This document shows, piece after piece, positions 51,771 through 63,300 of a stretch of DNA of 64,000 bases (position 1 is the stretch's first letter; each line of letters begins with the position of its first letter). The stretch is from an uncultured virus (IMG/VR IMGVR_UViG_3300021139_001059) (taxonomy: Duplodnaviria > Heunggongvirae > Uroviricota > Caudoviricetes). Under the pieces are notes generated by a model. The model was not told where the DNA came from. It ran no database searches and was given only the letters and a program-made list of their open reading frames with translations. The DNA is taken from the IMG/VR virus record IMGVR_UViG_3300021139_001059. One strand, 5' to 3'. Position numbers and translations under genes: made by a program.

Positions 51771-53392
51771 TGGCAACTGGTGCACAATCGACAGATTTAG
51801 AAGATCCAAACAAGACCGCTGCACGTGAAGGCTCTTCACATCCCGTGACTGGTAAAAATAATCCCGGTCACGTCGATGCGCCCTTACCCAGTAGCACTCT
51901 TCCGATCTTTGTCACTAGTGGGACTAATTATGGTCGCATAGCATCTTATGGTAATGAAAAAGATTCTAAGATTAAAGATCCGAATGCTAATGCACAAGAC
52001 AAAGTAAAAGCAAAATTAAAACAAGATAACTCGGGTGCGCATACTGATCCGAGCAATCCGACTGCTGCATCTCAAGATAAAGGTAAAAATATCCACGATG
52101 CTTTGATGGCTGCTGATCCACAACAAGCTGCAGCTGTATTGAAGAAAGCTCTTCAAGCTATGATCATGTTGAAGCAGATGGATAAGTTGACATCACCTGC
52201 AGGTATCTTAGCGATGGCGACCGGTGGTTTAGGTGGAGCACTTAGTGGCGTTGCAGGTGCAGTCGGTCTCGGTGGTTTACAAAACGCTTTAAACGGTGCG
52301 ATGGGAGGTATTGCAGCTGGTGGATTATTAGCAGCTTCAGCACAAAATGCTTTACAATCTGGCATGATGGGTATGTTAAACGGTGTTGCAGCTGGTGCTC
52401 TACATCCCGCTGAAATTGCAAAAGCAGTAGATACGGCAACTACAGTAGCTCATGCTATGTCAGCTATTACTACGGGTAGTCCTTACGCTGTCGATGCTGT
52501 TGCTCAATTTGGTGGACCTGCATTTGGTCTAACACCCGGTTCATTAGCGGCAAAAATATCTTTACTTGGTCCAGGCGGACAGTTGCAGACAATATCGACT
52601 GTGAACGGCGTTCGTGTGACGACGACTATATATACTTCTACTAATCCTACAGCGCTTCATAGTATGCCCGTTCTTAATAGCATCGAACATGTTGCTATAG
52701 GTGCTGCAGCTATCAGTGATATCGCTGGTGGATTGAGTGATGCATTGGGTGTGAATAATCCTATTGGTTCTGCACTTGGAACTGCTGCTGATGCATTGGG
52801 TGCTGCGAGCGATGCAGCTTCGATCGTAGCTGGAGCAGCACGTGTCAGCAGTCTAGTTAATAACGTGATGGGACAAGGATTAGGTTCTATTTCGACTGCT
52901 ACTAATATTGCAGCAGGAGCATTGGGTGCTACTGGTTTAGCTAACATAGTAAATGGTGGCATCGGTAATATAGTATCTGGCGGTCTTACTAAGATTTTAG
53001 GTGTAGATACATCAGGACTTCTTGGTGCAGTCGGTACTTTATTACCTAATATGGCAGGCAATATCAACGGTGTACTAAACTCGCATCTTCCAAAGACTAC
53101 ATTAAATTCGGGTGCTATCAATGCTATGGCACAAGAACAAACAAAAGTTTTAGCTTTGACTAAAGCAGCATCTGGCGCAGCTAAAAACATATTTGGACAA
53201 GCACAAGCTGAAGCGATAGCTGACTTAGCTGGAAAAGCTGCCGGTTTAGCAGCACAAGTTGGTTCATTCAGAGCAGTAACACCTTTTGGTGACGTAGTAC
53301 ATTCGATCGCTGCTGGTGTAGCTGTCGCTGAAGTCGCTGGTTCAGCTATCGGTTCTATATCACAGGGTATTGGTTCAATATTAAAGGGTTAA
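51770..53392 (+). CDS. Gly/Ala-rich hypothetical virion protein
   Basis: 540 aa, long GxxxG-rich stretches, between the gp5 halves. Confidence 0.65.
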   Translation: MATGAQSTDLEDPNKTAAREGSSHPVTGKNNPGHVDAPLPSSTLPIFVTSGTNYGRIASYGNEKDSKIKDPNANAQDKVKAKLKQDNSGAHTDPSNPTAASQDKGKNIHDALMAADPQQAAAVLKKALQAMIMLKQMDKLTSPAGILAMATGGLGGALSGVAGAVGLGGLQNALNGAMGGIAAGGLLAASAQNALQSGMMGMLNGVAAGALHPAEIAKAVDTATTVAHAMSAITTGSPYAVDAVAQFGGPAFGLTPGSLAAKISLLGPGGQLQTISTVNGVRVTTTIYTSTNPTALHSMPVLNSIEHVAIGAAAISDIAGGLSDALGVNNPIGSALGTAADALGAASDAASIVAGAARVSSLVNNVMGQGLGSISTATNIAAGALGATGLANIVNGGIGNIVSGGLTKILGVDTSGLLGAVGTLLPNMAGNINGVLNSHLPKTTLNSGAINAMAQEQTKVLALTKAASGAAKNIFGQAQAEAIADLAGKAAGLAAQVGSFRAVTPFGDVVHSIAAGVAVAEVAGSAIGSISQGIGSILKG

Positions 53393-53393
53393 T

Positions 53394-54113
53394 ATGAAGA
53401 ATCCATCAAATGATAGATTAGCAGATCATCCATCGGCACCGAGTCAGTACGGTGCACACGTCAGTACTAAAGTCGATGGTAGCTATGAGAAACATTCTAT
53501 AGATCCTAATAATAGACATCGTATATTCGGTTTCTTTACAGCTCTTGGTAACTTCGTGTCTCATCTTATCGAAGGAGACGGACACGTCAATCATGGAACT
53601 GAAGCTGGTCATAAAGAATTTTCGGGAAGTAAGACTTCAACTACGACAGGTCATCGTGACACTGGCACAGGTGGTGGCGAATCAAATAATACAAAAAATG
53701 GTGGTCAGTCTCAGAACGGTACAGACACGTCTCATGCAGGTGATGGTAACCATCATGACTCTAAATCCGGATCACATAAGCAATATACTAAGGGTGGTGA
53801 CGGTCACCATTCTATGGCAGGTGATCAGTCTTTTGTGGTCGAAGAAGGCGGTATTCATTACAATGTAGCTTCAAACTATACTATCACCGCTCAAAAGTCT
53901 ATTCAGTTAGACTCTACTGGCGAACAGTCATACCATGTTGGAGGCAGTTGGGGTGTCACAGCACTAAACGGTACTATGTCACAGATCGCTTCAGGCACCA
54001 TAAATATATCTTCGGATACGAGTATTACTTTAGCATGTGGTTCTTCGTCAATTACAATAACACCAGATAGCATTACTATACAAGCAAGTGCTATTAACTT
54101 TAAAAAGTCTTAA
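53394..54113 (+). CDS. Central spike C-terminal beta-helix-like protein (gp5C-like)
   Basis: S/T/G/H-rich short repeats ending ITL.CG.SSITIT.D.ITI; precedes PAAR. Confidence 0.6.
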   Translation: MKNPSNDRLADHPSAPSQYGAHVSTKVDGSYEKHSIDPNNRHRIFGFFTALGNFVSHLIEGDGHVNHGTEAGHKEFSGSKTSTTTGHRDTGTGGGESNNTKNGGQSQNGTDTSHAGDGNHHDSKSGSHKQYTKGGDGHHSMAGDQSFVVEEGGIHYNVASNYTITAQKSIQLDSTGEQSYHVGGSWGVTALNGTMSQIASGTINISSDTSITLACGSSSITITPDSITIQASAINFKKS

Positions 54114-54114
54114 A

Positions 54115-54402
54115 ATGGCAATAGCACATAGACAAGATGATTCTAGAGCGTGTGGTGCAACGACGATAGTAACTGGTCAAGATTTTGTCAAAGTAGACGG
54201 TAAATTATGGTCAGTCAACGGTGATCCCAATACTGACGGTGGTGGCGGTCTAATAACATCGCATGGATGGTTGACTATTGGTGGCAAAGGTATTATTGTA
54301 GTCGGTGATAGTGCTGCAGGAGATAGCTTATGCCCTATACCGGGTGGAGCACACTGCAATCCTTCGGCTACTTCGGGTGATAGTCTAATCAACGTTTCTT
54401 AG
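54115..54402 (+). CDS. PAAR-like spike tip (gp5.4-like)
   Basis: HR.DD.R.CGA, V.V.G, GD, H.NP....G...I.V. Confidence 0.8.
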   Translation: MAIAHRQDDSRACGATTIVTGQDFVKVDGKLWSVNGDPNTDGGGGLITSHGWLTIGGKGIIVVGDSAAGDSLCPIPGGAHCNPSATSGDSLINVS

Positions 54403-54410
54403 AGAGAGAT

Positions 54411-54833
54411 ATGGTAACAAGAGCAGACGCAATCACACAGAGTTATAAGAAAGTCGAGACATACTCGGACTTTTCAAATAACTTTACTAAACATCCTGTT
54501 ACTAATGAATTGGTTCTTCTCAAAAATGAAGACTCAGTGCGTCAGGCTGTCAAAAATGTCATTCTTACTAGTATAAACGAGAGATATTTCAATCCGTTCT
54601 TTGGCTCTAATGTCAATAGAGTACTATTCGAAAACTTTGATCCTTTCGTATTAGAAGATCTAAGAACATATATCAATTTGGCTTTGAATAACTTTGAACC
54701 TCGTGTTAAACTAGTTAATGTAACCATATTAGATAACTCTGACAAAAATGCGTTATCTATCAGCATCGTTTTCTCAATCATAAATAATCCAAACTTACAA
54801 AAAGTAAGTATCTTTCTAAAAAGAGTCAGGTAA
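54411..54833 (+). CDS. 25: Baseplate wedge gp25
   Basis: YSD....F..HP.T, V.N.ILT...ER.F.P.FGS, FEPRV. Confidence 0.9.
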   Translation: MVTRADAITQSYKKVETYSDFSNNFTKHPVTNELVLLKNEDSVRQAVKNVILTSINERYFNPFFGSNVNRVLFENFDPFVLEDLRTYINLALNNFEPRVKLVNVTILDNSDKNALSISIVFSIINNPNLQKVSIFLKRVR

Positions 54834-56662
54834 TGGCATCAAATTCAAACATTTCATTAGCTTCGTTAGACTTCGATACACTTAAGTCGCAGTTTAAGAG
54901 CTATTTGACTAATCAATCAGTCTTTAAAGACTATAATTTTGATGGGTCAAATATGGCAGTCTTGCTTGATGTTATGACTTATAACTCTTATCTTAATTCG
55001 TTCTACCTTAATATGGTAGCTTCAGAAATGTTTCTTGACTCTGCTCAACTATACAATTCTGTAGTATCACATGCAAAAGAATTGAATTATGTACCACTGT
55101 CAGCCAAGTCTTCTGTAGCTAACGTTACTTTTACTGCAGCAACTACTGGTATCAACTCACCGTTTTCAATTCCTAAGGGTACCACATTTACTGGTACAAA
55201 TTCAAACGGTCAGTATACTTTTACGACTAACCAACTTCAGACTTTTCCTTCTGGTAATTCTACGTTTACTATATCTGACTTAAATCTATATGAGGGCACA
55301 TATTATACAGATTCATTTGTCGTAGATTATACTAAAGAATCTCAAAGATTCGTTTTAACTAATTTGAATATCGATACTGACAGTATCACTGTAGTAGTAA
55401 ATGAGAGTGGAACTAATACTACGTTTACACAAGTCGATACGTTGTTTGGATTAGATAGCACATCTAATATCTATTTCTTACAGGGTGCACAAAATAATCA
55501 ATATGAAATAGTTTTCGGCGATGGCTTTTTTGGCCGTATTCCTAATAATCTTTCTGTCGTGTCAGTTAACTATAGAGTGACGCATGGTACAGATGCCGAC
55601 GGTATCTCTACATTTTTATGTACGACTAATCTAGGATTGACAAATGGTGGTGCAGCTACGCTGTCTACTATTACTTCGGATACACCTTCATCCGGTGGTG
55701 CTAATGCTCAATCTATAGATTCTATCAGATTTTCTGCACCAAGATATTTTGCTACTCAGCAACGCGCTGTAGCATCAGACGACTATTCATCGCTTGTTCT
55801 AAAACAATACGGTGGACAACTAGACGACGTTAGCGTATATGGTGGTGAAACTTTAGAGCCCAAACAATACGGAAGAGTAGTCGTATGTTTGAAGCCATCG
55901 GGTGGTACTATTGCTCCTGACTATTTAAAGAGTCAAGTATCAAATTATCTCTCTAGCTATATTTCATTACCAACACGTGTTATCATTTCTGATCCTCAAT
56001 ATCTTTATCTTGGTATCAATACGATAGTTCAATACGATCCAACAGCTACAAAAAAATTGGTATCAGAATTAGAAGGCAATCTTCTAAATACTATCGTTTC
56101 TTATGGTAGTACAAACTTAGGTAAGTTCGCTGCTGATTTTAGATATAGTCGATTCGTTGCTGCTGTAGATGGTACAGACTCAAGCTTTGTAAGTAATAAT
56201 ACAGAAGTTAATATAATCAAGAGAATTTCACCTCTCTTAAATTATCCGTCTACTTTTGTCATAGATTATAATAATCCAGCTGATGTTGAATCAGCATCTC
56301 CCGGTTATGTTCCTAATAGTATTTCATTAGGTGATGAACCAGTATTAACTTCTTCAGCGTTTACATTCGTAGGATCAGACGGTACAAATTATCCATATTC
56401 TTATCTAAGAGATGATAATACAGGAAATGTTCTAGTCTATTCTGTGATCAACGATGCATTTACTGTGTTACAAAGTAATATCGGAACTATCGATTATACT
56501 ACAGGGATGGTTACTATCAATTCATTGACTACTTCATATTATGGTGATTATATTTCACTCTACATGAGTCCACTCAATAAAGACGTTATCATAAATCAAC
56601 AAAAAATACTTTTAATAGACGTAAATGATGTGTCTGTCAATGTTATAACACAGATGAAGTAA
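54833..56662 (+). CDS. 6: Baseplate wedge gp6
   Basis: LDFD..K, DY.F.GS....LLD, EMFLDSA, FGDG..G, Q.RAV...DY. Confidence 0.92.
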   Translation: MASNSNISLASLDFDTLKSQFKSYLTNQSVFKDYNFDGSNMAVLLDVMTYNSYLNSFYLNMVASEMFLDSAQLYNSVVSHAKELNYVPLSAKSSVANVTFTAATTGINSPFSIPKGTTFTGTNSNGQYTFTTNQLQTFPSGNSTFTISDLNLYEGTYYTDSFVVDYTKESQRFVLTNLNIDTDSITVVVNESGTNTTFTQVDTLFGLDSTSNIYFLQGAQNNQYEIVFGDGFFGRIPNNLSVVSVNYRVTHGTDADGISTFLCTTNLGLTNGGAATLSTITSDTPSSGGANAQSIDSIRFSAPRYFATQQRAVASDDYSSLVLKQYGGQLDDVSVYGGETLEPKQYGRVVVCLKPSGGTIAPDYLKSQVSNYLSSYISLPTRVIISDPQYLYLGINTIVQYDPTATKKLVSELEGNLLNTIVSYGSTNLGKFAADFRYSRFVAAVDGTDSSFVSNNTEVNIIKRISPLLNYPSTFVIDYNNPADVESASPGYVPNSISLGDEPVLTSSAFTFVGSDGTNYPYSYLRDDNTGNVLVYSVINDAFTVLQSNIGTIDYTTGMVTINSLTTSYYGDYISLYMSPLNKDVIINQQKILLIDVNDVSVNVITQMK

Positions 56663-56663
56663 G

Positions 56664-58805
56664 ATGCAGTTTTCTATAGAAAAAAAGATTTCAAACTTTG
56701 TAGAATCGCAGTTTCCTCAGTTTTATCTAGATGAGGGACCTAACTTTGTCTTATTCGTAAAAGCTTATTATGAATGGTTAGAGTCTCAGGGTTCACCTAT
56801 CGGTGAAGCAAGAAATATATTTGACTATCGTGACATCGATAATACATTAGATGATTTTCTTTCTCATTTTCAACAGAAATATCTTTACGGAATTCCATTC
56901 AAAACTATCGCCAATCCACGATTCCTTTTGAAGCATATTCTCGATGTGTATCGTTCTAAGGGTTCTATTCAGTGTTATAAACTGCTGTTTAGATTGATCT
57001 ACGATCAGGACATCGATGTTTATCTTCCGGGTGAAGATATTCTTAAAGCTTCTGATGGTACTTGGATTCAACCACAATACTTAGAAGTGACTAATGTTCC
57101 TTTAGCGCAGAGTCTTGTAGGAAAAAACATTTTAGGTGTTTCTTCAGGAACTACTGCAGTAGTCGAAAGCTATATCGTTGAACCTATCGCTTCAAACGAA
57201 ATCGTTACCCTTTATATTTCAAACATACTGCCTAGAGGTGGTACTTTTAATGAGGGTGAAAAGATCGTTGAAGTAGGTCAACAATCAAACACTGCATATA
57301 TTCAGAATGCTCCTTCTATTAGAGGATCATTAAATGAATTGACTATTCTTAATGGTGGACAGGCTTTCAATGTCGGCGATATTCTTAAAATAGCTCATAG
57401 AGATATTGTAACTAATGGTATCACTTCGTATGGTGTTGATGGTCTACTAAGAGTAACAAATACATCATCTGCTCAGGGTTCATTGAATTTTGACATTCAA
57501 AACGGTGGTTTTGGTTTTAATTCCAACGCTTTAGTTTTTATCTATAACGGAACGGGTGATATTACTGGTTCTGGTGGTAGCTTTAACCTCGGTGGATTTT
57601 CCTACGTTCAAAACGTAATCTACAACACCGATATTATATCTGATTATGTAAACACATCTATCAATGCATTAGCTTATGGATTTCCGGGTGATACTGATGC
57701 AAACAGTGCTGATCCGATCTCAGATTTCTTTTCGTATGCAAATCAAAACTTTGGTACACTAGCATCTTTGACTAATATCAGCACTGGTAACGGTTACACA
57801 CAACAGCCTTACATCTTTATTAGAAATATAGAATCAACTAATCAACATTTTACTAACGTTGCTTATTCTACTTCTTCTAATACGATTACAGGAACGAGTA
57901 CTTATTTTACTGACTTGTTTCAAGCAAATGACGTGATCTATATGCAAGCTAATAGCTCAGGATCATCACTTGAATATCAAATCATCAAAAGCGTTAACAG
58001 TGATACATCTATTACTCTATACGGTCCACCTAAGTTCACGGGTAATATAGCTTCAGGAGCATTCGTAAAGACAGCACCAACGATAATGCCGTCTAACTTT
58101 GCAGTCTACGAACCCTTAATGTCTAGAACAGACGGAACGATCGACGGTTTAAATGCAACAGTCTTGGCTTCTCCGTCATCCGGTTCTGGTGTTGTTTCTA
58201 AAGCAGTAGCTATCAATTCTGGTAAGGGTTATCAGGACGGTGAAATAGTTAAAGCATATTTGTATGGTGGTTTGACAACACCCGGCATCATTAACGGTGG
58301 TACAAACTATTCAAACAACGATGTTTTGATCTTTCAGGGCGGTGGTACTAATGCACCGGCTAGTGGATATGTCACTACTAATACTACGGGTGGTATCACT
58401 TCTGTAATTCTCAATTATAGTGGTTCAGGATATATAGATGTTCCAGCTGTAAGAGTAAATTCAAAAACTGGATCTGGTGCAGTATTATATACGACGATCA
58501 CTGATCTTAATACGTATTCTGCAGTATCGGGTAAAGTTCAAAAAGCCGGTGTAGGTAAAAAACAAGGTTATTGGTCTACATCTAGAGGCTTCTTAAACTC
58601 AGATAAATATATCCAAGACAGTTATTTTTATCAAGATTTTTCATATCAAATCAAAGTTGCACAAACTTTGGATTCCTATAAAGACATTCTTTATAATACT
58701 TTCCATACGTCTGGTGCAGAATTATTTGGTCAATATGCAGCGATAATCGATGAATCATCGCCCATATCAATCTTATATGAACAATCTTCTGCTAGCTTAA
58801 GTTAA
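56664..58805 (+). CDS. Baseplate wedge initiator gp7-like
   Basis: QFP.F, FVKAYYEW, Y.SKG...Y.LLFR, QDSYFYQ.FSY. Confidence 0.75.
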   Translation: MQFSIEKKISNFVESQFPQFYLDEGPNFVLFVKAYYEWLESQGSPIGEARNIFDYRDIDNTLDDFLSHFQQKYLYGIPFKTIANPRFLLKHILDVYRSKGSIQCYKLLFRLIYDQDIDVYLPGEDILKASDGTWIQPQYLEVTNVPLAQSLVGKNILGVSSGTTAVVESYIVEPIASNEIVTLYISNILPRGGTFNEGEKIVEVGQQSNTAYIQNAPSIRGSLNELTILNGGQAFNVGDILKIAHRDIVTNGITSYGVDGLLRVTNTSSAQGSLNFDIQNGGFGFNSNALVFIYNGTGDITGSGGSFNLGGFSYVQNVIYNTDIISDYVNTSINALAYGFPGDTDANSADPISDFFSYANQNFGTLASLTNISTGNGYTQQPYIFIRNIESTNQHFTNVAYSTSSNTITGTSTYFTDLFQANDVIYMQANSSGSSLEYQIIKSVNSDTSITLYGPPKFTGNIASGAFVKTAPTIMPSNFAVYEPLMSRTDGTIDGLNATVLASPSSGSGVVSKAVAINSGKGYQDGEIVKAYLYGGLTTPGIINGGTNYSNNDVLIFQGGGTNAPASGYVTTNTTGGITSVILNYSGSGYIDVPAVRVNSKTGSGAVLYTTITDLNTYSAVSGKVQKAGVGKKQGYWSTSRGFLNSDKYIQDSYFYQDFSYQIKVAQTLDSYKDILYNTFHTSGAELFGQYAAIIDESSPISILYEQSSASLS

Positions 58806-58813
58806 GGAATAAG

Positions 58814-60355
58814 ATGGGTAAGCTATTAACAGGTTACAAGAAAGCAGTGTATGATGAGATTATCAATAGCATCTCGTCTAATGCTTCTAATTATTATGCT
58901 TTCGCCGCTAATCCAGTTACTTATGGTGGTAATATGCCAGTCGTTACTTCAGACGACTATCATGCAGAATTTTTAGATAACTGGGAACTACTGTTTGGTA
59001 AAAAACTCTCAAACACTAATATTTTACCGGTTATTAAAAACATAGCTTGGTCACCCAACACCGTTTATACTAGATATGACAATACGACAGATCTGTCAAA
59101 TAGTAACTTTTATGTCATTACACCACCATCAATTCCTGGTGGCTATTATAATGTTTATAAGTGCATAGACAACAACGGAAATACCGCTACCGGTAACGTT
59201 TCATCAATACCTACACAAGTACAAACCGGTTCGTTTCATACTCCCGGTGATAACTATCTTTGGAAATATATTACATCTATCAGTACAGCAAACTATAACA
59301 AATTTGCTGCGTCTGGATACGTTCCAATCTATGCTAATACAGTAGTTGCTTCTTCGGCTGCAAACAATTCTGGTGTTGAAGTCGTAGCACTAACTAGTGG
59401 AGGCACTGGATATAAGAGCTACGGAAACGGATATGTTAGAGGCGTTACTAATTCTACTTTGATTCAGATCGAATCTTTTGCTTCTAGTGACAACGACTTC
59501 TATACTAAAAATGGCATTTGGCTTTATAATACAAATGCTACAAATCCGGGTGTATTTACTGTATCAAAATATGTGTCTAATACTTCTGGTAATTGGGTAT
59601 ATTTAGATCAATCAGCAGATACACAGCTTATCGTACCAACACAAACACAATACGTGATTTCACCAAAAGTAGTGTTTCAAACTGATGGTACTTCTGATCC
59701 TATAGCTATTACGTCTGTTAATACTCAAACTAATAGTATAAGCAGCGTTATTATGTTGGATAACGGAACTGCTATTTCTTGGGCTAATGTACAGATTGTA
59801 AGTAATACTAACTATGGAACTGGTGCAAATGCTTATGCAATCGTGCCACCTCCTGGCGGTCATGGTAGCTCACCGGCCGAAGAATTATACATGCAAGGCA
59901 TGTCGGTCGCTTTTACTTTTGCAAACAGCGAAACAAATGGCATTCCAACTAATGTTCTGTATAATAAAATTGGTCTTCTAAAGAATCCATATCAGTTAAA
60001 TGCCAACGGCACAAAAAGTTCGACATCATTTACCAATACTACTTTCAGTGCCGTTCTCAGAGCGACTGTGACATCTGGTAATACTATGACAGTAGGAACT
60101 CAGGTGGTAGGTCAGACAACGACAGCTTTGGGAACAGTGGCATTTGCTAACTCCTCAACAGTCTATCTGACAGGTGATAAATACTTTACTAATGAGACTA
60201 TTATTGGTTCTGACGGTAAATCTGCACAAATTACCATAAATACAAATGGAGATGTCTATCCAAAAGATCTCCGTTCGATATATGTCCAAAATATCTCAGA
60301 TGTCAATCGCGCTAATACTCAGTCAGAGTCTTTCAAATTGATCATTCAGGTCTAA
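58814..60355 (+). CDS. Baseplate wedge gp8-like
   Basis: W...TVY..YD, NVYKC.DN, Y.WKY, P.GGHG, Q.E.FKLI. Confidence 0.75.
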   Translation: MGKLLTGYKKAVYDEIINSISSNASNYYAFAANPVTYGGNMPVVTSDDYHAEFLDNWELLFGKKLSNTNILPVIKNIAWSPNTVYTRYDNTTDLSNSNFYVITPPSIPGGYYNVYKCIDNNGNTATGNVSSIPTQVQTGSFHTPGDNYLWKYITSISTANYNKFAASGYVPIYANTVVASSAANNSGVEVVALTSGGTGYKSYGNGYVRGVTNSTLIQIESFASSDNDFYTKNGIWLYNTNATNPGVFTVSKYVSNTSGNWVYLDQSADTQLIVPTQTQYVISPKVVFQTDGTSDPIAITSVNTQTNSISSVIMLDNGTAISWANVQIVSNTNYGTGANAYAIVPPPGGHGSSPAEELYMQGMSVAFTFANSETNGIPTNVLYNKIGLLKNPYQLNANGTKSSTSFTNTTFSAVLRATVTSGNTMTVGTQVVGQTTTALGTVAFANSSTVYLTGDKYFTNETIIGSDGKSAQITINTNGDVYPKDLRSIYVQNISDVNRANTQSESFKLIIQV

Positions 60356-60367
60356 CAGGAATAAGAG

Positions 60368-63300
60368 ATGCCTTTATCTACTAATCTTAATGTTTCCCCA
60401 TACTATGATGACTATGACGCAAATAATCAGTACTATCGTATCCTGTTTCGTCCCGGTACAGCCGTTCAAGCGCGTGAATTAACACAAATACAGTCTATAA
60501 TTCAAAATCAGATTGAAAGCTTTGGTAACTGGGCTTTTCAAAACGGCGATGTAGTTTCTGGTTGCTCTATCTCTGATGTTCCTCAGCAGCCTTTCGTTTA
60601 TCTAGCAGACGCACAGACTAATAGTGCTTCGATAAATCTTTCTAATCTTGTTAATACTCAACTCGTCAGTGTTTCTTCTAACTTACAAGCCCGTGTTATT
60701 GCAACAAATCAGGGTCTTGCTGCAAACTATCCTAATACCAACATTCTCTATATCAAGTATTTGAATACTGGTACAAGCGGACAGACTATATTTTCACCGA
60801 ATGAAACGCTCGACATCTATAACATTCCAGCAAATGGCATTATTGCTACTATCAACACTTTCTCTAATAGTGCTGGTCAAGTAGCAACCGGTAATGCGCA
60901 CGGTATTACTGTGTCTGAAGGTGTTGTATACTTAAGTGGTGAATTTGTTAAAGTTCTGAACCCAACATTCGGTATCGTAAATGCTTATGGAACACAAGCT
61001 GGTAATAGTGTTGTCGGTTTCCAACTCGTAGAATCTATCGTTACTGAAAATCAAGATCCTTCACTTCTTGATAATGCTCTTGGTTATTCTAATGAAAATG
61101 CACCTGGTGCTCATCGACTAAAATTGATTCCAACACTTGTTGCACTTGATCCTGAAACAGCTAGTGCAACTTCAGGCTTTAATCCAATTGCAAAATATAG
61201 TTTTGGTTCTCTTGTAAGTAAAACACAGGCTACATCAAATCTTTATTCTATCGTAGGCGATGCGATAGCTCAACGTATTTACGAAGAAGCAGGTAACTAT
61301 GTAGTGAATCCATTTGTCGTGGACACTATCAGCACATTACCTTCTGTAACAACAATCAATTCTAATGCAGTATTGGGTCGTGTAAGTCCGGGTGTAGGTT
61401 ATGCTGAGGGTTCACGTGTAGAACTACTTAAGACTGCATATATTCCTATTCGTCGTGGTGTAGACACACAAGTCTATAAACAAGCACAGATCACTTTTAA
61501 CTATGGTGGATATTATACACTAAACGAAGTGTCTGGTACATTCCCATTTACGACAGCACAGTCTGTCGATTTGTATAATACTGCACAGGGATCTGTAACT
61601 AATAGAACATTTGGTCTTACATCACCTTCTGGTACAAAGATCGGTAATGCACAGATTCGCTGCTTTAGTTTTAACGGCGGTAATCCTGGCACAAATACTG
61701 CTTCATATAACTTACATCTTTTCAATATAAAATTAGCAAACGGCTATAATACTGACCAAGTAAAATCAGTTTATTATGGTGGCACAACACCTGGTGTCGG
61801 TGACGTTACATCTAATGGATTAGTTTCAGCTTCGACTAAAGATCAACTATATACGTTTGGTACATCAGGTCTTAAAAATCTTAGAGACGCTGCAAACAAT
61901 AATAATACAGAATATGTCTATAGAACAGTAAACACATCTGCTACTATGTTAGCTAACGGATACACATCTGTTACATTAGCTGCTTCAGCAACTGGTGGTG
62001 TTGATATTCTGCCTTATGGCAATACGGGTTCTGTACCGTTGAATTCACAAGACGGTGCAACATTTATTCTGATCGCACAAGCTAATAGTCAAACTACATC
62101 TCTACCGGGCACAGTAGCAGTTACTACTACTGCAAATACTGTGACGGGTACAGGAACATATTTTACTAATAATTTTTCTGTCGGCAACATCTTAAAAGTC
62201 GGTACTGAAAATCGTATCGTGACTTCAATATCAAATAACACTTATTTGTCAATCGATGTACCGTTTTCTGTCGCTAATGCTTCTGCGAACTACTATGAAT
62301 TCTTACCACAAGGTAAGATCATTCCGATCTATGAAACTGGTGGCACTGGACAAAACGGTGTCTATATTACAAACTCTACAAACTTCTCTATTCATACAAA
62401 CTTCACTCTATCTGGTACAACACCAGTGACTGTCATGTATGACGTGCTGAGAACTAGTGTTGTTCCAGCTTCAAAAGTTATTAAAAAAGATCGTTTCGTA
62501 AAGATTCAAGCTAATACTAACGGTCAACCTCTTGGTCCATATTGCCTTGGATACAGTGATGTTCATCAAGTAAAGAAGATCTATGGTTCTGCTGATGGAT
62601 CTTATACGACATCGGGTGTCGATCTGACTTCAGCTTTTAGTTTTGATCCGGGTCAAAAAGATACACACTACGGTTATGGATACATCTATCCAACTGGTGC
62701 ATACAATCCTACTGCTTATCCCTATCTTCTTGTTCAGTTAGATTATTTTGCAGCAAACACGTCTGCGGGTTCTGGCTTCTTTACAGTAGAATCCTATCCG
62801 ATCGATGATGCTAATACTGCTAATACAAATGCTATCCAGACAAGAAACATTCCACTTTATGTGGATGAAAGTGGTACGAACCGTTGGTTAAGAGACTACA
62901 TCGACTTCCGTATTCCTTCTGTGCCTACAGCAAACGATACGGGTGTATGTAATACGTCTAATGCTACTTCGGTGACTACAGCAATTAGCTATGCTTCTGT
63001 CAATCCTTCAAATTCAGTCAACTTAAGTATTCCTGCTGGTGGTCTTAATACACCTTCTTATGGAAGAAACTTCCAAGCTGACTATACGACATATCTACCA
63101 AGAAAAGACTTGGTGTTGATTACACCAGATACGACTCTTAAAATAAAAGAGGGTCTTTCGTCTCAGTCACCTCAGACGCCGTTGTATCCTGACAATGCGA
63201 TGGCTTTGGCGGTCGTTAACATTCCTCCATATCCTTCATTAGCATCAGATGAAGTAGATGCGGATCGTATTACTAATCAGAATTCTATTTCATTGATTCG

